Positions 1 through 10,337 of a stretch of 64,000 bases of DNA are shown here, piece by piece. The notes below the pieces were generated by a model. That model had not been told where the DNA came from. It saw only the letters and a list, made by a program, of their open reading frames with translations, and made no database searches. This stretch comes from a bacterium. GTDB taxonomy: Bacteria; UBA8248. Each line of letters begins with the position of its first letter. The stretch's first letter is position 1. The stretch covers positions 480,001 through 544,000 of the forward strand of contig CBDBZY010000064.1 in NCBI GenBank assembly GCA_965213685.1, written 5' to 3'. The position numbers were made by a program, and so were the translations under genes.

Positions 1-322
1 GGATGAAAGAGACGGCTAGGATCTCCACTGCGTCTGACATCAGAGACACACCATTCACAAAAAAGAGTAAGACGTGGAAGAACCCAAAACCCACGTGCTT
101 CAAGGCCACCTCATAGTCTCTCACCACCCCGTTCTCCTCCTGTTTTAAGAGGCTCCTGCGGTCCTCCCTGGCTTCCAGAACCGGCTCTCCATCAGAGCCT
201 GCATCGACCTCCGCCTCTCCATGCCCACCCTCCAGAGGAAAGGTAGTCAACTCAATTTGGCCCTGCTCCTCCTCCTCCTCCTCCCTTCCCTGACTGAAGA
301 GGACTCGGTAGGATCCAGACAT
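1..322 (-). CDS. SV2/SVOP-like MFS transporter, N-terminal part (continues beyond window start)
   Basis: Manual translation from ATG at 322: MSGSYRVLFSQGREEEEEEQGQIELTTFP...DYEVALKHVGFGFFHVLLFFVNGVSLMSDAVEILAVSFI. An acidic N-terminus is followed by a GFGxF...D(A/G)VE..VSF TM1 motif typical of SV2/SVOP. Not in the ORF track. Confidence 0.8.
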   Translation of the reverse strand, partial: MSGSYRVLFSQGREEEEEEQGQIELTTFPLEGGHGEAEVDAGSDGEPVLEAREDRRSLLKQEENGVVRDYEVALKHVGFGFFHVLLFFVNGVSLMSDAVEILAVSFI

Positions 323-579
323 ACCAAGACGTCGGCCACAGGTCTCTTTACTGACCTTTTATCACCACTTTGGCAGCAACATCGTTACGCAAAGTGCTCT
401 AAGATACTCACTGCTCAGCCTCGCCACGCCTGTTTATTAGCTTCGTCCCCAGGCCCCGCCCCCCCAAATCCTTAGCGCTCTGTCGTACATTCCTGGCGGC
501 GGATGGCGTCGCGCGTGTGTTGCCAAGAGGCGAGTCCTGGGCAGTGAAAGACCAGCCACAGATTTTACATCTGCACTAC

Positions 580-693
580 TTGTTGTTGTTGTTGTTGTTG
601 TTGTTGCACTACTTGTTGTAGTAGTTGTTGTTGTTGTTGTTGTTGTTGTTGTTCTTCTTCTTCTTCTTCTTCTTCTTCTTCTTCTTCTTTTTC
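580..693. repeat. (TTG)n/(TTC)n microsatellite
   Basis: Direct trinucleotide repeats. Confidence 0.95.
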
Positions 694-954
694 TTACTTC
701 TCAGCAAGTGGCCTCAACAAAACGGGCGAAATAGATGGTATCCGGACCACAGGAACTCCGCTCACCATAGCTCGCTGGAGAGAGGTGACCCCTGTATTGT
801 ACAAAGCTGCACGTAGCATTGCGTGCACCGTGTTTTTCTAACCAGCCGTGATTTCGGAAAACACACGGAAATTAATTACGGCTGGCTTGCATGAATAAAT
901 CGAAAACTGGGCCTAGACGTTAACAATCACCCAATGCGCATGCATGATTGCACT

Positions 955-1147
955 GGGTATAGTATATTTCTTCGGTACAGTGGAACGAAATAGGTTACCC
1001 GTTGAAGAGGGTGTCAAGTCTCTTTGGAGCAGTAAACTTAGGTCTACATGCGCCATTGCGAGCGTTATAATCTACATGCGCCATTGCGAGCGTTATAATC
1101 TCTGCCTTTCTTCATGTGGAGTCTCTCTCTCCCCCCTGTTCAGTGTG
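955..1147 (+). pseudogene. Degenerate fragment of the 5' region of an ELOVL gene
   Basis: tacatgcgccattgcgagcgttataatctc...ttcatgtggagtct...cctgttcagt matches 7327-7402 of the ELOVL gene; 958-1010 resembles 7165-7228. Contains deletions and a 28-bp tandem duplication. Confidence 0.75.
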
Positions 1148-1371
1148 TACATGTACTGCTTGAAGAAAATAGTTCAAAGCAGCCATTAACAAACTGTTGA
1201 GCGTGCTTCTAATTAATAATAATAGTGAAGTCCGTACGAGTGAAAATCCTACGCTCGTGCTGTCTGGACAACCTGTGGCCCGTTTGGAGCGCTCTGGTGA
1301 AGCTACAAAATAGTCAGCTACAAAACAGTCAGCAGATATATGCCCACACCAATTGTGCAAATGTCAAGGAG

Positions 1372-2690
1372 ATGCCGCCTAAGAGGACGCAGTCTCGTGT
1401 GCAGAAGACGCCTGCAGGACAGGTGCCTGTTCAGACGCGAGCAAAGACAGAACACTGTGCTTTGTGCTGTCAGAAGATTGTGCACAACAAGGAGGATGTC
1501 TTGTTTTGTACTGCCAAGTGCAACGGTCCGATTCACCGTTACTGTGCTGGTGTCTCTGTTCTTCAGTTCGAAGAAATGAAAGCGACTTCTGCGACGGCCA
1601 CTGCACCTACCCCTGGTTCCAAGCGAGTACCATTTTTGTGCCTCGTATGCACACAGCACGCTCACAAAGAAGAGGTCCATGAGCTTAAGAGCATAATCGC
1701 TGCCATGAAATTTAAGATGCATGACTTGCAAGATACTGTGCAAAAGCTGTCAGTTTCCGTTGCTTCTTGTTGCAATGCTGGTCTCCCTTCATCGTTTGCT
1801 GCTGCTACGGCATCAAACCGTGGGCATGCTAAGCATAGGAAACATGCAGACAAGTTCAATAGAGGTGGGAATGGTGGAGTTGGGTCAGGTGGTGTGGTTG
1901 GGAGAGGTGAATTTGAAATGCAGGGTGACAGCTGTGATGGTGTGACTGGTGTGACCAGTGTGACTGGTATGGTAAGGAGTGGTGGTTGTGGGGCTGGTGC
2001 AGATGGCCGTGGAGGTGGGCGTGGTAGTGCTGGTGCTGGTGCTGGTAGTGGGCGTGGGTCTGGGGGTAGTGGTGGTGGGAGGAGTGGTGGAGAGGTTAGG
2101 AGGAGGTTGCACAGATTTGAAAGAGGTGTGCCAGTAGAGAATGCAAGAAAGATTTGGGGGACCCTGAAAACTACTACCTGTTCAGTTATCACCTCTGTCA
2201 TCAGAAAGTTTACATCCAAGTCACTTGCAGATAGCCTCATGGTGAAGAGGAAGTACAAGACCAGTCAGGATGGTTCACTAAAGAGATGGTGGTATGTGGT
2301 GTGTGGTGAGAAACCGGATGTGGAGAGGCTTGTGGTGAGAAACCGGATGTGGAGAGGCTTGAACGAAAATGGGAAGCCATTGCTATACACACTGGATGGA
2401 AACTGCAGGCCGTATTTCGTTTCGATGGTTGTGATGCAGCTACTCCCCTCTCCTCTGATGTTCCTGCTACACCCACTTCTGATAAACAGGTATCAGATAC
2501 ACAGCCTGCTGTTCAACACATTAGCTCTCACAATGGTGATGTATTTGAGCCTGTCCACTCATTGTCAGCCAATGATAAAGGCAGTGGTGGTGAAACCATC
2601 GTTGTCACTAACACTTCTAGCCCAACCAGTTCTTTTTTAGAGTCCCATCCAGAGTCTCCTCTACTGGAGATCAAATCCCCTCAGTGCTAA
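1372..2690 (+). CDS. LINE ORF1 (PHD finger, coiled coil, Gly-rich); frameshifted by a 29-bp tandem duplication at 2302-2359
   Basis: ATG at 1372 (MPPKRTQ); CALC...CTAKC...HRYC...CLVC PHD pattern. Removing one 29-bp copy joins it to the 2349-2690 frame (ERLERKWEAIAIHTGWKL...PQC*). Confidence 0.8.
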
Positions 2691-5536
2691 ATTGTCCAAG
2701 GCATGCCGTGGAGGGTGTACGCTCTCATTTCAGTAATGAAAAGCAACTACAAGTATTGTACTTTAATGCAAGAAGTTTAACCCCAAAGTTGGATGAATTG
2801 CGTGTTCTCTGTGACTTAAGAAAACCAGACATTGTGTGCATTACTGAAAGTTGGCTATGTGAAGACATTGGTCCATCAGAATGCTCCATACATGGATACC
2901 ATTGTGTAAGATGTGATAGGCACAGACATGGAGGTGGTGTAGCATTGTTCATATCTGATCTGTTAGAGTCTCATGTAATTCTGTGTGGTCCTAACAAGCT
3001 AGAGCTGCTACTTGTCTCAGTTCACAATACACACCATCCCAACCACAAGTTATACATTGGTGTGTGGTATAGGCCACCAGACAACTCGGATGCTTTAGAT
3101 TCTTTATATTCTGTTCTGGAGACCCTTGACATTTCTATTTTTTCAAGATTTTTGTTGGTTGGGGACTTCAATGTTGATTTTTCAAACAAGCAGCATCCTC
3201 TCTTTTATAAGCTCCTCACTATATTGGATAGTTTTTTACTGGCGCAGGTGGTACCTGGTCCAACACACATCAGTTCCTCTGGAAATCAAACACTTATAGA
3301 CCTAGCCCTACTTTCAAATCCAGCTCTGCTGGTATCGTGTTCCATTACAGCACCTTTTAGTAACTCGGACCATGATGGAATAAGTATTTATCTCTTATGG
3401 AATAACATAGCATCCCCAAGCATTAAGACAAGAACAATATGGAGATATGAGTATGCGGATTTTGAGAGGGCCAATGTACTGATAAACACTGTTGATTGGT
3501 CACTCTTTTACACTGAGGCTGACATTGACAAGGCCTGGGAGTTGTGGTTGAGAACATTCTTGTCCATAATGAATGAATGCATTCCAAAGAAAACTATCAC
3601 CCAGAAGTGCACCCTTCCATGGATGAACAAGTTCATTCAGACTAAAATTAAAAAGAGAAACTCAGCATACAAAAGGGCAAAACAAACTAGAGTCTTTGAT
3701 GGTTACAAGAAACTTAGGAATGAGGTAGTGAATCTGTTGCGCATTTCGAAGAGAGACTATTTGAGGAAGTCATGTTTGGGAGGAAGTAAAAAGTTTTGGA
3801 AAGTTGTAAAGCATATCAAGAATTCATCCAACCATGCTATTCCAGCTTTAAGAGTGAAATCTACTGTTGCATCATCTAATGTTGAGAAAGCTACTCTATT
3901 GAATCTAACACTTGCAACTAACTTCAATCATAGTGTTCATCCATTGTCTCCTTCTAATATCCACATTTTCCAGGCAAATCCTTCATCACCAATATCCAAT
4001 GAAGTCCTTTGTGTAGAGGATGACATTTTTTGTTTATTAAACACTATTGATGTCACAAAAGCTTCTGGACCTGATGGAATATCTGGATACATGCTGAAGG
4101 GTACAGCGGAAGCTATCACACCAACAGTAACGCATCTGTTTAACCTGTCATTAAAATCTGGTAAGGTACCTGAGGCATGGAAAACATCATCTGTGGTTCC
4201 AATACCTAAGGCTCACAGACCATCTGATAATCCTATCAACTACAGACCAATTTCTTTGCTGTCTACAGTGAGCAAGCTTCTAGAAAAGCATGTTTATAAG
4301 CTGCTGTGGCAACATCTTAATGCAAATGGACTTGTATCTGATTCTCAATGGGGATTCTGCCCAAGTAGATCAACAGTTACAGCCTTACTGTCCACCTTTC
4401 ATGCAATATTTCAATTGTTGGAAAAGGGATCAGACGTGTGTCTAATATTCTTTGACTTGCGTAAAGCATTTGACAGTGTGCCACATGCTCCTCTACTTCA
4501 GCATCTAAAGGATATTGGGCTTAACTCACACATCCTCCAATGGATCTCCTCATATCTGTGTTGTAGAAAACAGTATGTTGTTGTTGAGGGAACATCATCC
4601 AGCACTACTTCTGTTCCATCTGGGGTCCCACAGGGATCTGTCCTGGGTCCCTTGCTCTTTCTGACATACATAAATTGTGTAGCTGATCTTGGCTTCTCTG
4701 ATGGAACATTGATCTCAATGTATGCTGATGACATACTTTTGTGGAAGCCCATCAAGTGCTCCAATGATTATGTCTACCTACAGACAGATATTAATAACAT
4801 TTCCAACTGTATTAAAAGCTTATATCTGTCACTGAACTCTTCTAAATGTAAGTACATCATTGCATCACGAAAGAGACAGCCTACACTACCATCTTCAGGG
4901 CTACATCTGAATGGTGAAGCTCTGGAACATGTTAGGAGTTATCAGTACCTGGGCATACTTGTCACTGAAACTCTTACTTGGTCTGAGCACATACAGCAAG
5001 TGTGCTCAAAGGCAAGAAAGCTAATTGGAATGATGTACAGGCAATTCTACTTCTGGACAAGCACATCTGTTCTTCGATCCATATACATAACATGTATTCG
5101 CCCTCACTTGGAGTATGCTGCTCAGCTGTGGGACCCGCATGTCAAGAGAAACATTCAAATGTTAGAGTCAGTGCAAAAGTTTGCATGTAAAGTGTGCTTG
5201 AAATGCTGGGACATGGACTATGATAACATGCTGCACTGTCTTGATTTACCTCTTCTTCGTGTCAGGCGTCAACATCTTAAGCTCATCACTATGTTCAACA
5301 TTATTAATGGAAACATAGTTTTTCCAGCAGGTATCTTCAATCTACACCAGCATTTGTCACAGAGAAACAATTCATCTGTATTTCACAGACTCCATTCTCA
5401 CACCAACTACTTCTATTTTTCATATGTACCTAGCGTTATTACTGTTTGGAATACTTTACCAGTAGACATAAGATCATCATCATCTGTTTCTGTTTTTAAG
5501 CATAACTTACCGCACTGGGCTCATGTCTTGTATTAG
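2684..5536 (+). CDS. LINE ORF2: APE endonuclease plus reverse transcriptase
   Basis: Endonuclease motifs YFNARS, ITESW, GDFN, SDH; RT motifs NYRPISLL, DLRKAFDSV, GVPQGSVLGP, YADD; uninterrupted 950 codons. Confidence 0.95.
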   Translation: MLNCPRHAVEGVRSHFSNEKQLQVLYFNARSLTPKLDELRVLCDLRKPDIVCITESWLCEDIGPSECSIHGYHCVRCDRHRHGGGVALFISDLLESHVILCGPNKLELLLVSVHNTHHPNHKLYIGVWYRPPDNSDALDSLYSVLETLDISIFSRFLLVGDFNVDFSNKQHPLFYKLLTILDSFLLAQVVPGPTHISSSGNQTLIDLALLSNPALLVSCSITAPFSNSDHDGISIYLLWNNIASPSIKTRTIWRYEYADFERANVLINTVDWSLFYTEADIDKAWELWLRTFLSIMNECIPKKTITQKCTLPWMNKFIQTKIKKRNSAYKRAKQTRVFDGYKKLRNEVVNLLRISKRDYLRKSCLGGSKKFWKVVKHIKNSSNHAIPALRVKSTVASSNVEKATLLNLTLATNFNHSVHPLSPSNIHIFQANPSSPISNEVLCVEDDIFCLLNTIDVTKASGPDGISGYMLKGTAEAITPTVTHLFNLSLKSGKVPEAWKTSSVVPIPKAHRPSDNPINYRPISLLSTVSKLLEKHVYKLLWQHLNANGLVSDSQWGFCPSRSTVTALLSTFHAIFQLLEKGSDVCLIFFDLRKAFDSVPHAPLLQHLKDIGLNSHILQWISSYLCCRKQYVVVEGTSSSTTSVPSGVPQGSVLGPLLFLTYINCVADLGFSDGTLISMYADDILLWKPIKCSNDYVYLQTDINNISNCIKSLYLSLNSSKCKYIIASRKRQPTLPSSGLHLNGEALEHVRSYQYLGILVTETLTWSEHIQQVCSKARKLIGMMYRQFYFWTSTSVLRSIYITCIRPHLEYAAQLWDPHVKRNIQMLESVQKFACKVCLKCWDMDYDNMLHCLDLPLLRVRRQHLKLITMFNIINGNIVFPAGIFNLHQHLSQRNNSSVFHRLHSHTNYFYFSYVPSVITVWNTLPVDIRSSSSVSVFKHNLPHWAHVLY

Positions 5537-6004
5537 CTTACAGCTATTTACATGTTGCCTCCCATATCTTTGTACTGTACTTCTTATCTCACTTGTATAG
5601 AAAAAAAAAACAAAAAAACAAAAAAAGTGCTGGTGGACTGCTGATTTCCCTAGCCTGGCGCCTCGTATCAAGGACGCGCCGAGTGGAGGAAGCACGTGCG
5701 GGGGGCCGCGTGCGGAGAAGGAATCTGGGTACTTTGTAAACTAGTCTACTACGCAAAACATTCAGTAAATGTTTACTGACAAGCGATTTCGATGCTGCGT
5801 TAACGTTGTTGTAGGTTTTGTCTTTAGTAAAGCAAGGCTAGAACGTGCTGAGCAAAGAGAGGTAGCTAGTATCCTTGGGACGCATTCTGCTTGAAGAAAG
5901 ACGTCTCTAGCTCTCTCTGGCCTGAAATCTGACTTGGACCCAGCTTCTGCTTGTTGCAAGCAACTGCGGAAATGAAAAGTAGGAGATAGCATGCGAGCAG
6001 GAAG

Positions 6005-6813
6005 GTAAGGTAGGGGCGGGGATTCCCGAACGGGTTAGCCTATTTAAGCGCTCTTGCATCAAACGAAAGCGTCACTGCTTTTGGTGCTAAGGTGAGCAGG
6101 TCTCCTTTGCTTCTGCTCCAGCGCTTAGCGCTATCCCTTTCTACTGTGGTTCCAGAGCTAAGGCGGCTAGAATAGCAATGGGTGGGGCTTCCAAAGTTCA
6201 AAACCTTTAGTACTCTATTTCACTAAAGCTAGACTAGCGCAAACCGTAAGAATATGCTGCCATCACGAAGCACGTGTATCTAGACTGAGGCGGAGAGATT
6301 CTCGCCCACGTTCGTTAAAGTTTTAAACTGCGCACGCGTGTTGTGGAGTTTTCAAATGGCATGCAAGAAAACACCCGCTACACGCAGGAAGATTTGCAAT
6401 TTGCTCTCCGAGCAAATTGCTATCACTCTTGTAGTCAGCCATAATCACAGCTGCTTTTTGTTCGTCTTATATATTATCTATGCCCTCACGTACAACTGTG
6501 TCACTCCATCATCATCAGATGTCCATTTTACTATTCTCACATCTAAAACAGTCCTTAGCAATTCTTTGAGCCCGAGTACAGCGACAAAAAGTCCATGGTT
6601 CTCGTCCGATAGCTTTGTTGCACGCGTTCGGGATTACCAGCCGCTCTTGAACGAAGTAAAACCCTCAGCGATAGAAGGTAGCGTATGAAGCGCAAGTCTT
6701 CAGAGGTCCGTTAGTGAAAATGGCATCGTTTTAAGTGAAGTACAAGAAAAGTTGTAGCGCAAGATATCAGACCAAGTTCAAAGTTTGTTCGGGAATCTCC
6801 GCCCTTACCTTAC
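6005..6813. mobile_element. Putative non-autonomous TIR element
   Basis: 27-bp inverted repeats gtaaggtaggggcggggattcccgaac (6005-6031) and gttcgggaatctccgcccttaccttac (6787-6813); no convincing internal coding sequence. Confidence 0.5.
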
Positions 6814-7197
6814 TTGCTCAATACTCCCGAACTGAAGAGGGCTCTGTAATGCTTCGACTCTATCGCACAAACACAGAAGCGGCTAAACGGTATGCGTACA
6901 TAGACATATTATAAAACCCGCTATCTCTTCTTGTTCTCACGTGCACTCCGTATTCTTGGCCAGCGTAATTCACTCCGTTCATGACACGCATGCGCAAGCA
7001 GTGTACCAGGCCTACACTCGACATCCAATAGCGCCAAACACAATCATCGCCATCTGAACGCTGTCAAAATTCATAATGATGGCTACACCCTAGAGGTGAC
7101 CCCGGTGCCCGCTGCCGCAGTTTTTGTATACAAAGGTGGGCGCGAGGTCACGTAGCTGAGTGACTATAGCGTATCTCCTAAGTACGGTCAACCGAAA

Positions 7198-8136
7198 ATG
7201 GATTACCTGTTGAAAATCGAGGAGAGGTTCGACAAAGCAAAGGCCGTCTCGTTCATGCAGAACTACTGGCACTACTCGCTGTACATTTCTGCTTTCTACG
7301 TGGTCAGTGTGTTCTCTTTGAAGCGGTACATGCGCCATCGCGAGCGTTACAATCTCCGCTTTCCTCTCTTCATGTGGAGTCTGTCCCTGTCCCTGTTCAG
7401 TATGGTGGGGTTCGTGGTTTCCGGAGTACGACACGTTACTCACCTCTTTCACAGCGGATGGGAGAGCAGCGTGTGTGATGATGTGTTCACCACCGGCAGG
7501 CCAGGTCTCTGGGCTTTCCTCTTTTGCTTCTCCAAGCTACCAGAGCTTACTGACACCTACTTTATCATTGCACGGAAACAGAGACTTATATTCCTTCACT
7601 GGTATCACCACATCACTGTCTTCGTCTACTGTTGGTACAACTATGGTTATCAAACAAACCCAGCTCAGTGGTTTATAACTCTCAACTACTTTGTTCATTC
7701 CATTATGTACCTGTACTATGCTGTTCGTGCATCGGGCCGGTTCCGTCCGCCGATATGGGTAAACATGATCATCACAGTGTTGCAGATCCTGCAGATGGTC
7801 CTGGGGGTGTACATCAATCTATATATCTACGTTAGAATGGCCCAAGACTCCAACTGGAAATGTGACAGAACCACGTACTCGTTTCTGTACTTGTCTTCTG
7901 CCATGTACTTCAGCTACTTCGTACTCTTTGCTCACTTCTTTTGGAGTACCTATTTCAGCAAGTCACTGAAATCCGACAAAAAGCCACGGGCAGAAGGAGA
8001 GCAATATAGTGGGAGCACTCCTGAAATGGATACACGTGTTCTCTGCAATGGCCTCTCAAGTAATAGATCAGTCATCCACAGGGCAAATGGGGTGGGCCCC
8101 AAGTGTCAGGGTGGTGTGATTGGCACAAGACATTAA
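7198..8136 (+). CDS. ELOVL6: Fatty acid elongase, ELOVL3/6 type, intronless
   Basis: Motifs FSKLPELTDT, RKQRLIFLHWYHH, NYFVHSIMYLYY, TVLQILQM; multiple TM segments. Confidence 0.92.
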   Translation: MDYLLKIEERFDKAKAVSFMQNYWHYSLYISAFYVVSVFSLKRYMRHRERYNLRFPLFMWSLSLSLFSMVGFVVSGVRHVTHLFHSGWESSVCDDVFTTGRPGLWAFLFCFSKLPELTDTYFIIARKQRLIFLHWYHHITVFVYCWYNYGYQTNPAQWFITLNYFVHSIMYLYYAVRASGRFRPPIWVNMIITVLQILQMVLGVYINLYIYVRMAQDSNWKCDRTTYSFLYLSSAMYFSYFVLFAHFFWSTYFSKSLKSDKKPRAEGEQYSGSTPEMDTRVLCNGLSSNRSVIHRANGVGPKCQGGVIGTRH

Positions 8137-8148
8137 TGAAACTGTCCC

Positions 8149-8587
8149 TCCCATCCCCCAAGATGCCTCTTACTCAAAATGAACCAGGCAATTCTTTTAT
8201 ATGGCAACTAGTTACATGTACATATACAAGTGTGTGTGTGACAACTCTACTATTTTGATGACGTTATTTGAATGGTTTGTAATTGACATAGATCATACAG
8301 TAGTATCATCCCACATACCATGTGCATACCATGCACAAGGCAAGATCACCAGACTGCAGGCCTGGTCCCATCCCCCAAGATGCCTCTTACTCAAAATGAA
8401 CCAGGCAATTCTTTTATATGGCAACTAGTTACATGTACATATACAAGTGTGTGTGTGACAACTCTACTATTTTGATGACGTTATTTGGATGGTTTGTAAT
8501 TGACATAGATCATACAGTAGTATCATCCCACATACCATGTGCATACCATGCACGAGGCAAGATCACCAGACTGCAGGCCTGGTCCCA
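8149..8587 (+). repeat. 217-bp near-perfect tandem duplication downstream of ELOVL
   Basis: 8149-8365 is repeated at 8366-8582 with only a couple of substitutions. Confidence 0.95.
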
Positions 8588-9053
8588 CAAAGGCAATTAG
8601 CAATGCCTAGTTCAGGTGACACGATAACATTCCTTTTCAGGGCCAACAGGTCACCTTAGTGCACAATGCAATTCATAACTCACCCTAGCTGCTGTCATAC
8701 CACTTATCAATCATACTACATGTGGTTACATGGGCTAGTGTTCAGCTGAACCACATTACAAAATACCTGCACTTCTATATTCACATCCCCACATGAACAT
8801 GATACTAGTATAGCAAGTTAGTACAGAGGCAAAGGCTAGATATTTTGCTGCCACAAATCGGTGAATGATCAATTCATCACCTAAAATTCTCACAATGTGT
8901 ACAATGCAACAAGAAAGACAAGAAGTGAAAATAAACATCAACAGAAATGTTGTCACATTATAGATGAAATGGCATTAATCTCTCTTAAAATTAAGTGCAT
9001 AGGTATACAGTGAACAATGCCACATAATAAGTATACAGTTAGCTGTTCAAGAG

Positions 9054-9980
9054 CTATCGAATACGGGGTACACCATTGGAGATCTGCCCATTTAGCTGAA
9101 CATGTCCACTGGTCACTTCCGATTTTAGCTTTGAAGCTAGCTCCCCTTCTTTCTTTAGCTCCTTCAACTTGCTCTCACTGCCCTTCTTTGGTGGACGCTT
9201 GTGCAGGTATGCCCAGTAGAAGAAATTACCAAACAAGATGGCATAGGAGACGTAGAAGAACACTGATATGCCCACATCAAACCAAGAAGTCCTGCATGTC
9301 TTTCCATTGAGTAGTGCGTTCACCCCAACATAGTTGATCCACATTCCAACAAACATCTGTGAGAGTTGGATGGTTGTGATAGAGGTAGCAATCCAGCGTG
9401 GTGGGCTACGGCCACTGGCCTTCACTGCATAGTAACCGTACATAATCCCATGCACCATCAAGTTAACAAAGCCAAACCAGAGCCCAGTGGATATCGGATA
9501 GGCATAGCTGTACCAGCAGTAGATAAACACACTGAAGTGGTGGTACACGTGGAGGAAACTGAGTTTCTGCTTACGTAAGACAATGAAGACTGTGTCGACC
9601 AATTCTGGCAGTTTGGAAAAGGGAAAGAGGAATGACCATAGGCCCGCGCCGTTACTGCCAGTGTAGGCCCACAGATCACAAAGTGCATGATTCCACCCAC
9701 CATAGTACACCATTTGGCTTGCATGGCGTGTGCCTCTGAACACAGCAAAGAAACTGAAGGCACAAAGGAGAGTGCTCCACATGCACAGAGCACGGCGAAG
9801 GTCCATTGGCTTCCGATTCTTCATGAAGCGCTGCCCATACCAAACAAGGAAAAGGTAGAGAGCAGAGAAGTAGAAGGACCAGTGCCATCGCTTAGTCATC
9901 CATGGAATTGCTTTCTTGTCATCAAACTGGCTCTCTATACGATCAAGAAATTCAAATGGATGCAGAAGATAGTACGTCAT
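9054..9980 (-). CDS. ELOVL6: Fatty acid elongase, ELOVL3/6 type (second paralog); CDS in one exon
   Basis: Motifs FSKLPELVDT, RKQKLSFLHVYHH, NLMVHGIMYGYY. Likely ATG at 9980 (MTYYLLHPF), splice acceptor at 10013 and a probable 5'UTR exon donor at 12083. The N-terminal extension in the ORF track is a CA-repeat artefact. Confidence 0.9.
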   Translation of the reverse strand: MTYYLLHPFEFLDRIESQFDDKKAIPWMTKRWHWSFYFSALYLFLVWYGQRFMKNRKPMDLRRALCMWSTLLCAFSFFAVFRGTRHASQMVYYGGWNHALCDLWAYTGSNGAGLWSFLFPFSKLPELVDTVFIVLRKQKLSFLHVYHHFSVFIYCWYSYAYPISTGLWFGFVNLMVHGIMYGYYAVKASGRSPPRWIATSITTIQLSQMFVGMWINYVGVNALLNGKTCRTSWFDVGISVFFYVSYAILFGNFFYWAYLHKRPPKKGSESKLKELKKEGELASKLKSEVTSGHVQLNGQISNGVPRIR

Positions 9981-10073
9981 ATTGGTACAGGTAGTGAGTT
10001 GTACACAGTTGCCTGCAGGAAAAGAGGGACGGAGGGAGGGAGAGAGAGAGGAAGTGAAAGGTTGCCCACCCAT

Positions 10074-10184
<111 letters not shown>

Positions 10185-10267
10185 GCTATTTTTCCTTCCA
10201 CATCTCAACATGTTCATGACAAAGTGGACCAACATTTCTTCATTCTTGTGTGGTCAAGAAAGATTCA

Positions 10268-10337
10268 TTCCCTAATATCAGGAGCTTATGAGCGGCAAAG
10301 CCGGCCTCACCACTCATAAGCTCCTGATATTAGGGAA
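10268..10337. repeat. Perfect 25-bp inverted repeat hairpin
   Basis: ttccctaatatcaggagcttatgag / ctcataagctcctgatattagggaa; related core at 48235-48273. Confidence 0.85.

Larger units (their letters stand above)
1200..5626 (+). mobile_element. Near-full-length non-LTR retrotransposon (CR1/L2 group LINE)
   Basis: ORF1 with PHD finger, ORF2 with APE endonuclease and RT, short 3'UTR and A-rich tail at 5601-5626. The 5' boundary is approximate and no TSD was identified. Confidence 0.9.

Noticed and set aside
625-816. Poly-Leu/Phe ORF resembling a signal peptide
   Set aside because: Translation of the TTG/TTC microsatellite
1662-2258. 198-aa Pro-rich minus-strand ORF
   Set aside because: Antisense shadow of the Gly-rich part of LINE ORF1
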